The notes under the pieces were generated by a model that was not told where the DNA came from, searched no databases, and was given only the letters and a program-made list of their open reading frames with translations. DNA of 64,000 nt from the human T2T-CHM13v2.0 reference genome, Homo sapiens. The stretch is from the NCBI RefSeq assembly GCF_009914755.1, contig NC_060935.1, one strand, 5' to 3'. Each line of letters starts with the position of its first letter. Position 1 is the stretch's first letter. Positions 1 through 18,161 of the stretch are shown one piece after another. A program made the position numbers and the translations under genes.

Positions 1-831
1 CACTCAAATGCTCTCAAACAGTGGACTGGCAAAGCAAATCATAGGACATACCTGATTTATTACCATTTTGTGATAAATCAGACTATTATAGAATCACATG
101 AAATATTACTAAAGGGATTAAAAGTAATGCTAAAGGAATAAAAGCAAGTCATAAAATACATACAAAATTTAATTAAATCTCAGAAAATACAGTGTATATA
201 CTGTTAACAGGAATGAAGTTAGAGTAACACTGAAAATAAACGTTCACATTATCAGGTAAAATTGCTTTATCTTAGAAAAATCTCAGAGGCTGGGCATGGT
301 CGCTCACCGCTCTAATCCCAGCACTTTGGGAGGCTGAGACGAGTGGATTACAAGGTCAGGAGTTCAAGACCAGCCTGGCCAAGATGCTGAAACCCTGTCT
401 CTACTAAAAATATAAAATTAGCTGGGGATGGTGGCATGAGCCAGTAATCCCAGCTACTAGGGAGGCTGCAGCAGGAGAATCACTTTAACTCAGGCGACGG
501 AGGTTGCAGTGAGCCAAGATCACACCACTGCACTCCAGCCTGGGCGACAGAACAAGACTCCATCTCAAAGCAAAAAAAAAAGAGAAAAATCTTAGAAACA
601 AAATCAACAGGATGGTCACGGTGGCTCACATCTATAATCCTAGCATTTTGGGAGGCCAAGGAAGGAGGATCACTTGAGCCTCCTTGAGAACAGCCTGGGC
701 AATAAAGTGAGACCATGTCTACAGAAAGAAAAAAAATTTTATTAAAAACAACAACAAAGCTGGCCAGGTGTCACTGACCTATAAGCAGGTACTAAAGAAC
801 TCCAAGAATTTAATTTCTTTTTTTTTTTTGA

Positions 832-936
<105 letters not shown>

Positions 937-1126
937 TAAGTAGCTGGAATTACAGGCATGCGCCACCATGCCCAGCTAGTTTTGTATTTTTAGTAGAGAC
1001 GGGGTTTCTCCGTGCTGGTCAGGCTGGTCTCGAACTCCAGACCTCAGATGATCCGCCAGCTTCAGCCTCCCAAAGTGCTGGGATTAGAGGCGTGAGGCAC
1101 AGCGTCTGGCTGTTTTTTTTTTTTGA

Positions 1127-1321
<195 letters not shown>

Positions 1322-1540
1322 TGAACTCCCGACCTTGTCATCCGCCCGCCTTGGCCTCCCAAAGTGCTGGAATTACACGCGTGAACCACCGTGCCCCGCC
1401 TATTTTTTTAAATTATTTTTGACACAGGGTCTCATTCTGTCACCTAGACTGGGTTGCAGTGGCATGATCATATATAGCTGACTGCAGCCTTGAACTCCTG
1501 GGCTCAAGCGATCCTCCTGCCTCAGTCTCCCAAGTAGCTA

Positions 1541-1966
<426 letters not shown>

Positions 1967-2426
1967 CTAGGATTACAGGCATGAGCCACCCATTTTCAGG
2001 GGCGTTAAAAACTAAGCTCCTGGGCTGGGCACAGTGGCTCATGCCTGTAATCCCAGCACTTTGGGAGGCCAAGGCAGGAAGATCACTTAAACCCTAGAGT
2101 TGTAAGAACAAGTCCTTGACTACTGTTAAGATGAAGATGTGTTGCAGGCTGGGCGTGGTGGCTCAGACCTGTGATCACCGCACTTTGGGAGTCCAAGGCG
2201 GGTGGATCACTTGAAGTCAGGAGTTCAAGACCAGTCTGGCCAACATGGCAAAACCCCGTCTCTACTAAAAATACAAAAATTAGCCGGTAATCCCAGCTGC
2301 TCAGGAGGGTGAGGTAGGAGAAATCACTTCAACCCGGGAGGCAGAGGTTGCAGTGAGCCAAGATCACACCACTGCACTTGAACTCAAAAAAAAAAAAAAA
2401 AAGATTTGTTGCTACTTAAAGCCTGA

Positions 2427-2663
<237 letters not shown>

Positions 2664-2904
2664 TAGCCAGGATGGTCTCGATCTCCTGACGTCATTATCC
2701 ACCTGCCTCGGCCTCCCAAAATGCTGGGATTACAAGCGTGAGCCACTGTGCCTGGCCCAGAGCCATAGTTTTTAGCAGTCTTTTTTTGAGAAAGGTGTTG
2801 ACCCCTCAAACCTCAACATTCTTACTTACCTTTGAGGGATGGTGCTACACAATTTGTATATCAGCTACCTATATCAGGCAGTAAATTATTTCTTAGGTAT
2901 ATAC

Positions 2905-3030
2905 CTCTTATGGCTTGAATGTGCCCCTAAAAAGGATGTTTTGGAAATTAAATCCCCAGTGCAACAGTGTTGGGAGGTAGGGGCCTAATGGAAGATGTTG
3001 ACATCACGAGAGGACATTCAAACCACAGGA
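2905..3030 (+). mobile_element. MaLR LTR fragment (MST/MLT1-like)
   Basis: tatggcttgaatgtgcccc...tggaaattaaatccccagtgcaacagtgttgggaggtaggggcctaatgg resembles the 5' end of MST/MLT1A LTRs. Confidence 0.6.
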
Positions 3031-3166
3031 GTAATCAAGGAAGTTTCTCCTAGAAACATTTAAATTTATATTTTATTTTATGTATTTATTTGAGACAGGT
3101 TCTTACGGTCGCCCAGGCTGGAGTGCAGTGGCAAAACCTCAGTTCACTGCAACCTCCACCTCCTGA

Positions 3167-3358
<192 letters not shown>

Positions 3359-4227
3359 TGAGTGTTAAGTCTCAAATGAAATAACATATGCAGTTGGCAA
3401 ATACAAAATGGTATAATGTAGTTCTGAAATTTCTCTCACATTCAAATTTTAGCTTTCTAACCCACACTGGGGTGTTTTGTTTGTTTTTTTTTTTTTAGGT
3501 GGCAAATGGTGAGGAGAGAGGAATAAGCATCTATCATTTTAAGCATCAAATAGTACAAAAAGTATTCTGAACTGAAAAGAAATTACTACCAATTATAGAA
3601 TATTTAATATTAAAACACATTTTACTCTTCCAAGATACACAGAGTAGAGAAAATTAACATTCCTGGCACTTACTATGTCACATCTGGAAATATCTCAGAG
3701 ATAAAAGATCCATTTTACAGATTAATGAGGTTCAACCCAATTAGTAATTGCGCCAAAGTCTAAGTGTGAATGCCAGAGTGATGAATTGAACCCAGGTTTG
3801 TCTACAAAACCACTGTTGCAACTATGGCATTCCTTTGTACTTGAAAATATTTAATAAGATCAATTTCCAGGTCCACCAATGTTTGTTAGGTAACCAATCA
3901 AGCCAGAGTGTTAGAAAAGGAATAGGAGTTGGCATGCCTAATGAACACCAAGCTAGTGGGAGGACCAGAAAACTAGTTATAAAATAGCATCAGGAAAAAA
4001 AAACAGTAAAAAACGTTTTGGGTAAAGAAAAACAACAAATTTTGCACTGGTCAAAGTGTATATACATCAACATTCTCTCACAAACAAAAATAATCTTAAA
4101 TCATATTTTTGGGAGAAATAATGTTAGCAACACTAAAGCATTCAGCAAAACATTCTATGTACAAACCCAACTTGACTTTAATGAAAGACGTGGGAGAAAA
4201 AATGTAAAAAACAAAACAAAAGCATAC

Positions 4228-4320
4228 CTGTTGCTTTAACAGCTGTGGGTCTAGTGGTCATGACTGGTTTTGGAGGATTCTGAACAACTCTAGGAACCTC
4301 CTGCACCGCTTCCTGTTCAT
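4228..4320 (-). CDS. FNBP4: FNBP4 coding exon 2
   Basis: Acceptor ttttaatccag|AT, donor CAG|gtatgc, 93 nt, phase 1-1. Encodes (D)EQEAVQEVPRVVQNPPKPVMTTRPTAVKAT, in frame with exon 1. Confidence 0.96.
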
Positions 4321-4336
4321 CTGGATTAAAAAAAAA

Positions 4337-4376
4337 GAAAAGAAAAGAAAAGAAAAGAAAAGAAAAGAAAAGAAAA
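4337..4376 (+). repeat. (GAAAA)8 pentanucleotide STR
   Basis: Eight perfect GAAAA units directly upstream (in transcript sense) of the FNBP4 exon 2 acceptor. Confidence 0.95.
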
Positions 4377-5679
4377 CTGCAGTCAGATTCCAGACCAGAG
4401 AAAACACTAGAGGTGACAAACCAACCTTTGATTTAACATTTCAGCTCTAGATTCCATCAATTTTTTAAAAAGTGCATTTCGGATGGGTTCGCACCTGTAA
4501 TCCCAGCACTTTGGGAGGCCAAGACGGGGGGGGGGGGCACTTGAGGTCAGGGGTTCAAGACCAGCCTGGCCACCATGGTGAAACTCCATCTCTACTAAAA
4601 ATACAAAAATAAAAATAAAAAAATTGCTAGGCATGATGGCACTCGCTTGTAATCCCAACTACTCGGGAGGCTGAGGCAGAAGGATCGCTTGAACCCAGGA
4701 GGCAGAGGTTACTGCAGCCTGGGCCACAGAGGAAGACTCCATCTCAAAAAAAAGAAAGGACATTTCATTGACCCAAATAATTGGGAGATAATAAACACAG
4801 AGCTGGAATCTTTTTTTTTTTTTTTTTTTTTTTTTGAGACGGAGTTGCGCTCTTGTCGCCCAGGCTGGTCAAACTCCTGACCTCGAGTAATCCGCCTACC
4901 TCGGCCTCCCAAAGTGCTGGGATTACAGGCATGAGTCACCGTGCCCTGGAGTCTTTCATCTGCTTACAAACTTCAACATCAAGGGAAGACTCTTACCATG
5001 GTAAATAAAAATTATTAATACATCTGCATGGCCGGGCGCGATGGCTCTCGCCTGTAATGATCGCTTGAGCCCTGGAGTTCGAGACCAGCCCGGGAAACAT
5101 GAACTCCGTCTCTACTGAAAATACAAAAATTAGCCGGGCATGGTGGCAGGGTCCTGTAGTCCCAGCTACCCAGGAGGCTAAGGCGGGAGGATCGCTTGAA
5201 CCCGGGAGGTGGAGGTTGCAGTGAGCCCAAGATCGCGCCACTGCACTCCAGCCTGGGCGACAGATTGAGACATTGTCTCGAAAAAAACAAAACAAAACTC
5301 TTAAAAAGTTACATCTGCAATACTTACAAATACATACAAAAACAGTAAGTATTCTCCAGGCTATGATAGGACCTTTACAAGACACACCAAACACTGCTAT
5401 TGCGGATTTTTTCCAATTAACGAACCAGCGTGATCTCTGAACATGTGAAACGGTCGCGGCTTCTCCGGCGCCTAGCCCTGGAGTCACTTTTAATCTAAGC
5501 ACCACTCCAGTGAGAACCACACAAATACTTAGGAACCTACCAGCTCCATTTCTCCAGCAGTTCTGCTAGTGTGGGGATGCTTACTAGCTGGAATATTAAG
5601 AGCTTTTTCTAAACGTCTCTATCCCCGTTTCGACAAAACCGAAAGGAGGCAGATGACGTGTGGAAAGGCCTGGCCCACA

Positions 5680-6620
5680 GTCACAGGCCGCGCACGCGGA
5701 AACTCATCCTCACATCCACCCTCTGCGTTACCCAAAACCGACCCGGGGCGTTTGGGAGACTCAGGATGCCCGAACTTCGGTCATATTTCAAACGTTCCCG
5801 GGGCAAGCCCTGCACCACAGATGGCGCCTCGGGCTTGGCCCGGGCCGAGGGCGCAGAACTCGGCCTGGCCCTTCTGCGGCCCGGAGCCCAGGGCCGCCCC
5901 GCCTGCAGGCCCGCAGCAGGCAGGCCTCGGAAGCCGACCTCGCCCGCCTCCCTCGCCGGGTCTGGCCAGGCGCCGTGAGGAGCCTAGGCCGCAAGCCCTG
6001 AGCTCGAGTTCAGGTCCCCCCGCGCACCCTTGCCTTCTGAAGGCGAGTCGTCCGAGGCCGCGGCGGCAGTCACCGCGGTGGTGGTGGTCGTCGCCGCCGA
6101 CGGGGCGGGCTGGCTGGGGACCGCCGCGGTTGAGTCCGGCTCAGTGTCGGGTTCCGGCTCCGGGTCCCGGCCCGGCGTGCTGCCCCGAGGACCCGGCGGA
6201 GAGAGTTGCAGGATGGGCCTACGGCCGGGTACCGCCCGGGACTTCTTCCCCATCGCGAGCCCAAGCGCGAGCAGAGAGCGTCGGGCGGCCGAGAGGGGCG
6301 GGCACTGGAGGCTGGGCGCTGGGCCCTGGGCGCTGCGACGCGTAATCAATATTCATACACCGTGACACCGCCTCCAGCCCGGATCCGCTTTCAACCAGCG
6401 GAGCACGCGCTTGCGCAAGCGCCTCGGACCCTTCGGCTCTTCTGGCTCCTCCTCACCAGGAGAAAGGGCGGGATTACCAACTGCGCTAGGCGATTGGCTG
6501 TTTTGACCCAGAGAAGGGACCGGTGGCCAATGGAAAAGGAAAAAGGGTGAGAGTCCAGCCAATAGTGCGGTAGGGCCTGAATTAGAACGACTTCCCCACT
6601 TCCGTCGGGTTCCACCCATG
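5680..6620 (-). promoter_or_regulatory. FNBP4: CpG-island promoter of FNBP4
   Basis: Dense CpG/GC sequence over exon 1. NRF1-like palindrome 6407-6422, GC box 6466-6472, CCAAT boxes at 6493-6497, 6527-6531 and 6559-6563, ETS-like ACTTCCG 6598-6604. No TATA box seen. Confidence 0.9.
6034..6253 (-). CDS. FNBP4: FNBP4 coding exon 1 (formin-binding protein 4, N-terminus)
   Basis: ATG at 6253 in strong Kozak context (gcgATGG). Encodes MGKKSRAVPGRRPILQLSPPGPRG...SDDSPSE (73 codons + 1 nt), matching the FNBP4 N-terminus. Ends at a GC donor (AAG|gcaagg), with an in-frame GT donor 6 nt further on. Confidence 0.96.
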
Positions 6621-7722
6621 CGCTTTCCCCAAGCCTTTTCTTTGCCTACTTGTCCTCCATCTTGTGGCTATTCTCGGCCTAGAGTTTCATGTTGTCTGTC
6701 TTCTAGAAAGGTGTGCTGCTGGGCCCAGCTCACTCACGCCTGTAATCTCAACACTTTGGGAGGCCGAGGCGGGTGGATCACGAGGTCAGGAATTCAAGAC
6801 CAGCTTGTCCAAGATGGTGAAACCCCGTCTCTACTAAAAATACAAAAGATTTAGTCGGGCGCGGTGGCAGGCGCCTGTAATCCTAGCTAGTCGGGAGACT
6901 GAGGCAGGCGAATCGCATGAACCCGGCGGCAAAGGTTACAGTGAGCCGAGATCGCGCCACTGCACCCCACCCTGGGTGACAGAGTGAGACTGTCTCAAGA
7001 AAAAAAAGAAAGGTGTGCTGTTTTCTGAGCCCTTCCCCACGTTTCGCCCGGATTATTGTGGCTTACTTTGGGTATAGCATTGAACATTAAATGGGACAGT
7101 GGGTCTTTTACGCTTTTGTAATTTCCTGCAGCACACAAATAGATGTCTCATATTTTCTCGCTTATTAGCTGGGAAAAATCACGAGATACTCCACTACCTA
7201 CAAGGAAAAAGCCTAAAATTGTTGGGATGGCATACAGGAACCTTACCAGTTTTGTACTACTATCGTCAACATGCTTTAATTTACCCTTGCTTTAACACTG
7301 CCCCCTCTCCCGTCTCCTGCCTCTGGAGCCCGCCACTTGGAGCATCACCTCCCTCACTTTTCCTTTGCACTGACTGGAATAATTACTGCATCACATGATG
7401 AAAGTCTTTTATTGTTTCATCAGGGCGCAATGCAGACGCAGTGCAGGCGTGACCTCTCCTGCCCAGCCTCTCCCTGGCACTTGACATCCTGTTGACATCC
7501 GTCTCCCCTCTAAACTAAGGAATGCGAGTGGTATTTATTTTTATATCCGCAGCAGCTCAGTTCCCACTAAAAATATCTAATACTTACTGAGCTCTATGTG
7601 TCAGTCACCAAGCACTTTACACGTAGAATTGCATTTGATCTTTTAAAATGATTATTTCTAATTTTATTTTTAAACGTGTCTTGCTCTGTCATCCAGGTTG
7701 GAGTAACGTGGCATGATTATAG

Positions 7723-8187
<465 letters not shown>

Positions 8188-8395
8188 TGAGTAGCTGGTA
8201 CTACAGGCGCGCAGCACCTTGCCTGTCTAATTTTTTGTATCTTAGTAGAGATGTGGTTTCACCATATTGGCCAGGCTGGTCTAGATCTCCTGACCTCATG
8301 ATCTGTCTGCCTTGGCCTCCCAAAGTGCTGAGATTACAGATTTTTTTTTGTATACAGAGTCGCCCAGGTTGGAAGGCAGTGGTGCGATTTTGGCT

Positions 8396-9312
<917 letters not shown>

Positions 9313-9355
9313 TGACCTCAGGTGATCCACCCGCCTTGGCTTCCAAGAGTGCTAG

Positions 9356-9648
<293 letters not shown>

Positions 9649-9834
9649 TGATCCACCTGCCTTGGTCTCCCAAAGTGCTGCGATTACAGGCCTGAGCCAC
9701 TGCGCCAGGCCAAGAATTTGCTGTTTTAAAGCTGTTAGCAGGCTGGGCGCAGTGGCTCATGCCTGTAATGCCAGCACTTTGGGAGGCCGACGTGGGCGGA
9801 TCACAAGGTCAGGAGATCGAGATCATCCTGGCTA

Positions 9835-10056
<222 letters not shown>

Positions 10057-10231
10057 TTATTTAATGAGGAAAGACAGTAAAATAAGGAGTTTTGTATAGG
10101 AACTTTGAGGCCAACATCTGGATTGAAAACTTTTCTTCAGTACCTTCCAGATATGAAGGCTTAGACAAGTTTCTTAACATCCCTAAACTTGTTTTTGCAA
10201 CCACAAAATACATTAGTACCGGTATCCATAG

Positions 10232-10375
<144 letters not shown>

Positions 10376-10608
10376 TGAGTAGCTGGGACTACAGGTGCGT
10401 GCCACCACGTCCGGCTAATTTTTGTATGTTTAGTAGAGATGGGGTTTCACCATGTTGGCCAGGTTGGTCTCAAACTCCTGACCTCAGGTGATCCACCCGC
10501 CTTGGCCTCCCAAAGTGCTGGGATTACAGGCGTAAGCCATCATGCCCAGCCTGTATCATAGTTTTAAGACCTTTGCATTGCACCTGGAAAAAAATAAACG
10601 CTGGTACC

Positions 10609-11030
10609 TGTGGAGTCCTAATAAGGGAAAAGGAGTCAGGCTGGCAGGAGTAGGGGAGAACAAAAAGAAAAAGTAGATAAGCTCTAAGTCTGCCTTTCTT
10701 CATGATCCAGGACATACAGTCCTTCTGTGTAAGTAACTCACAATCTTCCTATGCTCAACTTATCACCAGAACCTTGGCTGATAGAACAATGCAAGTTAGC
10801 TCACAGCAACCTTGGCATTATCAATACTGCGTGTAGCCCTCTCCAGCATAAGCACCATTCTGTAAAATCCCCAGCAAGCATTTGTCTCCTTGTAGTCAGC
10901 TCCTCTCTTAGTGCCTGCCTGTTGCATCCTTGCAATGTATGTTTATACTACCTGCCTTTGTTTACCTATGACTGTCTTGGTAAGTTCCTTTACTGCCTGC
11001 AACACTGGCCCCAATTAGTTGTTACCTGAG
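10609..11030 (+). mobile_element. Solo LTR, LTR47-like (ERVL class)
   Basis: Begins TGTGGAGTCCTAATAAGGGAAAAGGAGTCAGGCTGGC, the recalled LTR47 start. Ends ...actgtcttggtaagttcctttactgcc. The AATAAA segment appears deleted. Confidence 0.7.
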
Positions 11031-11317
11031 AGCAGCTATTATTACTATTAATGATCCTTTTGTCTATACAAAAGTACAGGTAATATTATAAAACTGGCTG
11101 GAACTAAGTTGAGATTATGAGCTAAACCAAAAGTGTATAGAAATGTGAAAGGCTGTTTTCCTTGGGGGAAACATACATTTCTGGAGGTGATGGTTGTTTA
11201 TGCTTATACCAAGAGTTCTCAACCATCTGGAGGGCATTAAAGCGATATAAAAATCTGAATCAGTTGGAGTGGGGTGGGAGTGCAGGACCTATTTCAATGT
11301 GCTTTATTTTAATGTAA

Positions 11318-11410
<93 letters not shown>

Positions 11411-12121
11411 TAAGGGATCATCCCACCTCAGCCTCCCAAGTAGCTGAGACTACAGGTGCATGCCACCAATCCCAGCTAGTTTTTAAATTTTTGGTAGAGA
11501 TAGGGTTTTGCCATGTTGTCTGTGCTGGTCTGGAACTCCTGGGTTCAAGCTGTCTGCCCATCTCAGTCTCCCAAAGCATTGGGATCACAAGCATGAGCCA
11601 TTGCACTTTGCCAGTTTATGTATTTATTTATTTTGAGATGGAGTTTTGTTCTTGTCGCCCAGGCTGGAGTGCAATGATGCCATCTCAGCTCACTGCAACC
11701 TCTGCCTCCCTCCTGGGCTCAAGTGATTCTCCTGCCTCAGCCTCCCAAGTAGCTGGGATTACAGGTGTGTGCCATAACGCCTGGCTAATTTTTGTATTTT
11801 TAGTAGAGATGGGGTTTCACCATGTTGGCCATGGCTGGTCTCAAACTCCTGAACCTCAGGTGATCCACCTGCCTCGGCCTCCCCAAAGTGCTGGGATTAC
11901 AGCTGCGAGCTACCGTGCCCGGCTGCCAGTTTATTTTTAAGTAAAGATAGGGTCTTGTTTTGTTTCCCAGGATAGACTCAAACTCTTGGCCTCAAGCCGT
12001 CCACCTTAGCCTACCAAAGTGCTGGGATTATAGTTGTGATGAACTGCAACCAGCTTGCTTTTTTAAAAAGCTACTTATTCTAATGCTTAGCCAGAGTTGA
12101 TAACCATTGGCTTTTTTCCCT

Positions 12122-14361
<2,240 letters not shown>

Positions 14362-14364
14362 TTA

Positions 14365-14975
14365 TGTAAGTGAGTGCAGGTCTGGTGGCTCGCCACTTGG
14401 AGAGCCCCGAAACAAGAGCAAGGTATGGTGGAAAGAAATTTACCAAAACTAGCAATGGGGAAGTGGCTAGATTCACATCCAAAGCAACCACTTCAAATTT
14501 CTGGGGAGAAGGCAAGGGTTTAAAAAGGGAAACGATATTGGTGGCATGCAGGAGCTGTGCTGAGTACAAGGTCCATGTGTCTCGTTTTGGTGGCTATCTT
14601 GGGTCTGTCACCTGGAGTGCAGGCACTGGTGTCATCTCAACAATGGCCGGGTGGTATTGTGGACTAACTACCTCGAGGTAATCTCTGGAGTTTTGCAGCT
14701 GGGTCTCCATACTCCGTCTGTCTCGAGATTAGCCCCTGGGTAAGCACATAATTAGATACAAGCATGCAAAGTTAGATAAATGTGCATGGTATAATGGAGT
14801 GTATGGTGAGAAAGGCAGGAACATGATATTTCAAAGAAAGTACATTTCAAGGCTAATATTTTAAGACTAAGGAGAAGAAAAAAAGATTTCTGCAGTAAGC
14901 TTCAAGGTTACATATTGAAACTAGGGAAAAAAGAGAAAAAATGAAATAAAATGCATTTTCAGGCTAGACTGGTTA
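14365..14975 (-). mobile_element. ERV1-class LTR (MER66/LTR51-like), reverse orientation
   Basis: Starts tgtaagtgagtgcaggtctggtggctcgccacttggagagcccc...acaagagcaaggtatggtggaaag, resembling the reverse complement of an ERV1 LTR U5 end. Family uncertain. Confidence 0.5.
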
Positions 14976-15938
<963 letters not shown>

Positions 15939-16499
15939 ATAATCCCAGCACTTTGGGAGACTGAGGTGGGCAGATCACGTGAGGTTGGGAGTTCAAGACC
16001 AGTCTGCCCAACATGGAAAAACCTTGTCTCTACTAAAAATACAAAATTAGCCGGGCGTGGTGGCGCATGCTTGTAATCCCAGCTCCTCGGGAGGCTGAGG
16101 CAGAGAATCACTTGAACCCGGGAGGCGGAAGGTGCAGTGAGTGGAGATCACGCCACTGCACTCCAGAATGGGTAACAAGAGTGAAACTCCGTCTGAAAAA
16201 AAAAAAAAAGCAGACTCAAAGCTGTGAGAAAAGTGACGTGGAAGTATGGGGGCATGCTCTGTTCTGGTCGGGACTCAAAATGAGGAGCGTAGAATACAAT
16301 GGACAGAAGAGCTGGGCTGGGTTGAGCATGGGTTCTAGGCCTTGAACCTAAACAAGCACAGGAAAAGTTGGTCAGCATCTTGTGAACTGCCACCATGGAA
16401 ACCACTGCATTGATCAGCAACACAAATGGGGGGAGTGGGGGTTTCTGGAATAGGGCTAGTCTCTCACTACTTCTTGCCCTCCAGAGATGGCTACAATAG

Positions 16500-16658
<159 letters not shown>

Positions 16659-17049
16659 TGAAAGATGTGGTTTTGCCACGTTGGTCTTGAACTCCTGATC
16701 TCAAGTGATCCGCCTGCCTCAGCTTCCCAAAGTGCTGAGATTATAGGAGTTAGCCACCACGCCTGGCCCTTGATGTTTTCATACTATGGGTTATGATCCA
16801 TTAGTCACTCATGAAAACATCAGGATACACTGTAGGTGAGGATACAAATTTTGTGAAACTTTTCTTTTGGTTATATATGTGTATGTAGGTCAAAATGTCT
16901 TTCTTACTGTCGTTGAAAGCCACAGGTTTAGAGAGCTGGGAGGACAGGGGCTCTCCCAGTCCCTAATTGCACCAAATGCCTCGTATTAATCATAGTAGAG
17001 CTAAAATGAAAAAAAAAAAAAAAAAAAAAAAAAGAAACACACACCTCAG

Positions 17050-18071
17050 TATCTATCAACAACAGTACCACAGAGAAACTCACATTGTTAATTAAAGTAT
17101 ATAATGTAAATATGGTATTGAAAGTATAAAAATTAAAGGCTTCTGAAAAACTCAAGAAGGGTCAAAAGGCTATACAAGCAAGTAGTATACAGATTGTTTC
17201 CTTAAAAGATAAATTTTAATATACAGAATAAAATCCAAGATGATTTTATTATTTTTCACTTTCCCAAAACTTGTGAGCATGAATGCTTCTAAATCTGACC
17301 AATGAAGTTTACATTTTGGTCCAATACATTATGAGACTAACTTGTATGATCAAGTCCAGCTTGATTATCATAAATCATAGAAGTTAACAATTTACTCTGA
17401 GAATCTGTTGCTAATATAGATGATGGATTTCCAATTTTTTCTTAGCTAAGAATTTACTCAACTTTAGCTCAGAACCAGATTCAAAATATCTTCTTTAATT
17501 AGCTGGTCATCATTTTAGGCTTAATCTAGGCAAATTATTTAATACTCAATTGAAGATCATATAAAACCTCCAAAATAAATAAAAAGTACACAAAATTATT
17601 AGCTTTTGTGTACAATACAGAAAATACAGGTCAGTTCTGGACCAAAATAATTGCATTAAAATACAAAAGGTGATAGGGAAGAATTAAAAGATTTGCAGTG
17701 ACTGCTTTTGGTGGTCAGCTACAACAAGCCAACAACCCTCAGCTATTTTGGAAAGTGAAGGTGAGTCTTAATTTGCAGATAATGAATGTCTTCGGTAGTT
17801 TAAAAAAATATAAACTCTAAAAAAGCTCGTGAATCATATACAAAAGCAGCTATTTGAGACCAAGGTTGAACACCAGAAATTGTGTTAGCACCACCAGCAA
17901 GCACAGGGTCCTCTGACTCTTCCGCCCTCCTATCTTGTGCAGAATGCAGACTTGAATGTTGTACACATCATTTACAGTTACAAAAATCGGCCTTGAGTAC
18001 AGGGTTCCTGTAGGGTAGTCTTAAGTCCTAAGAGGCACCAAGCGGTTACAAAGGCTAGGTGACAATCCAAA
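17050..18071 (-). other. NUP160: NUP160 3' UTR (distal end approximate)
   Basis: Unique AT-rich sequence after the TGA. Candidate poly(A) signals on the minus strand are AATAAA (17245-17250) and ATTAAA (17215-17220). The true cleavage site cannot be determined from sequence alone. Confidence 0.7.
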
Positions 18072-18161
18072 TCACAAGGTCCGACGATATAATAAATCCC
18101 GTGTTGCCTTATCAACTTTTTGCTGGTAGTCCTCCAATTTGTCAAGTATTTTCTGGGACAG
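18072..18161 (-). CDS. NUP160: NUP160 last coding exon (exon 36)
   Basis: tatag|CTG...; LSQKILDKLEDYQQKVDKATRDLLYRRTL*, the Nup160 C-terminus. Confidence 0.97.
   Translation of the reverse strand: MSQKILDKLEDYQQKVDKATRDLLYRRTL

Noticed and set aside
6254-6349. 32-aa N-terminal extension of FNBP4 in the ORF track
   Set aside because: It starts at TTG and there is no supporting evidence. The ATG at 6253 has strong Kozak context.
5569-6619. Overlapping ORFs up to 258 aa on both strands
   Set aside because: Stop-poor CpG-island sequence with many GTG/TTG starts. Only the minus-strand frame from ATG 6253 matches a protein and splices correctly.
17009-17033. Orphan A25 tract as the tail of a retrocopy
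   Set aside because: No recognisable parent sequence or TSD.
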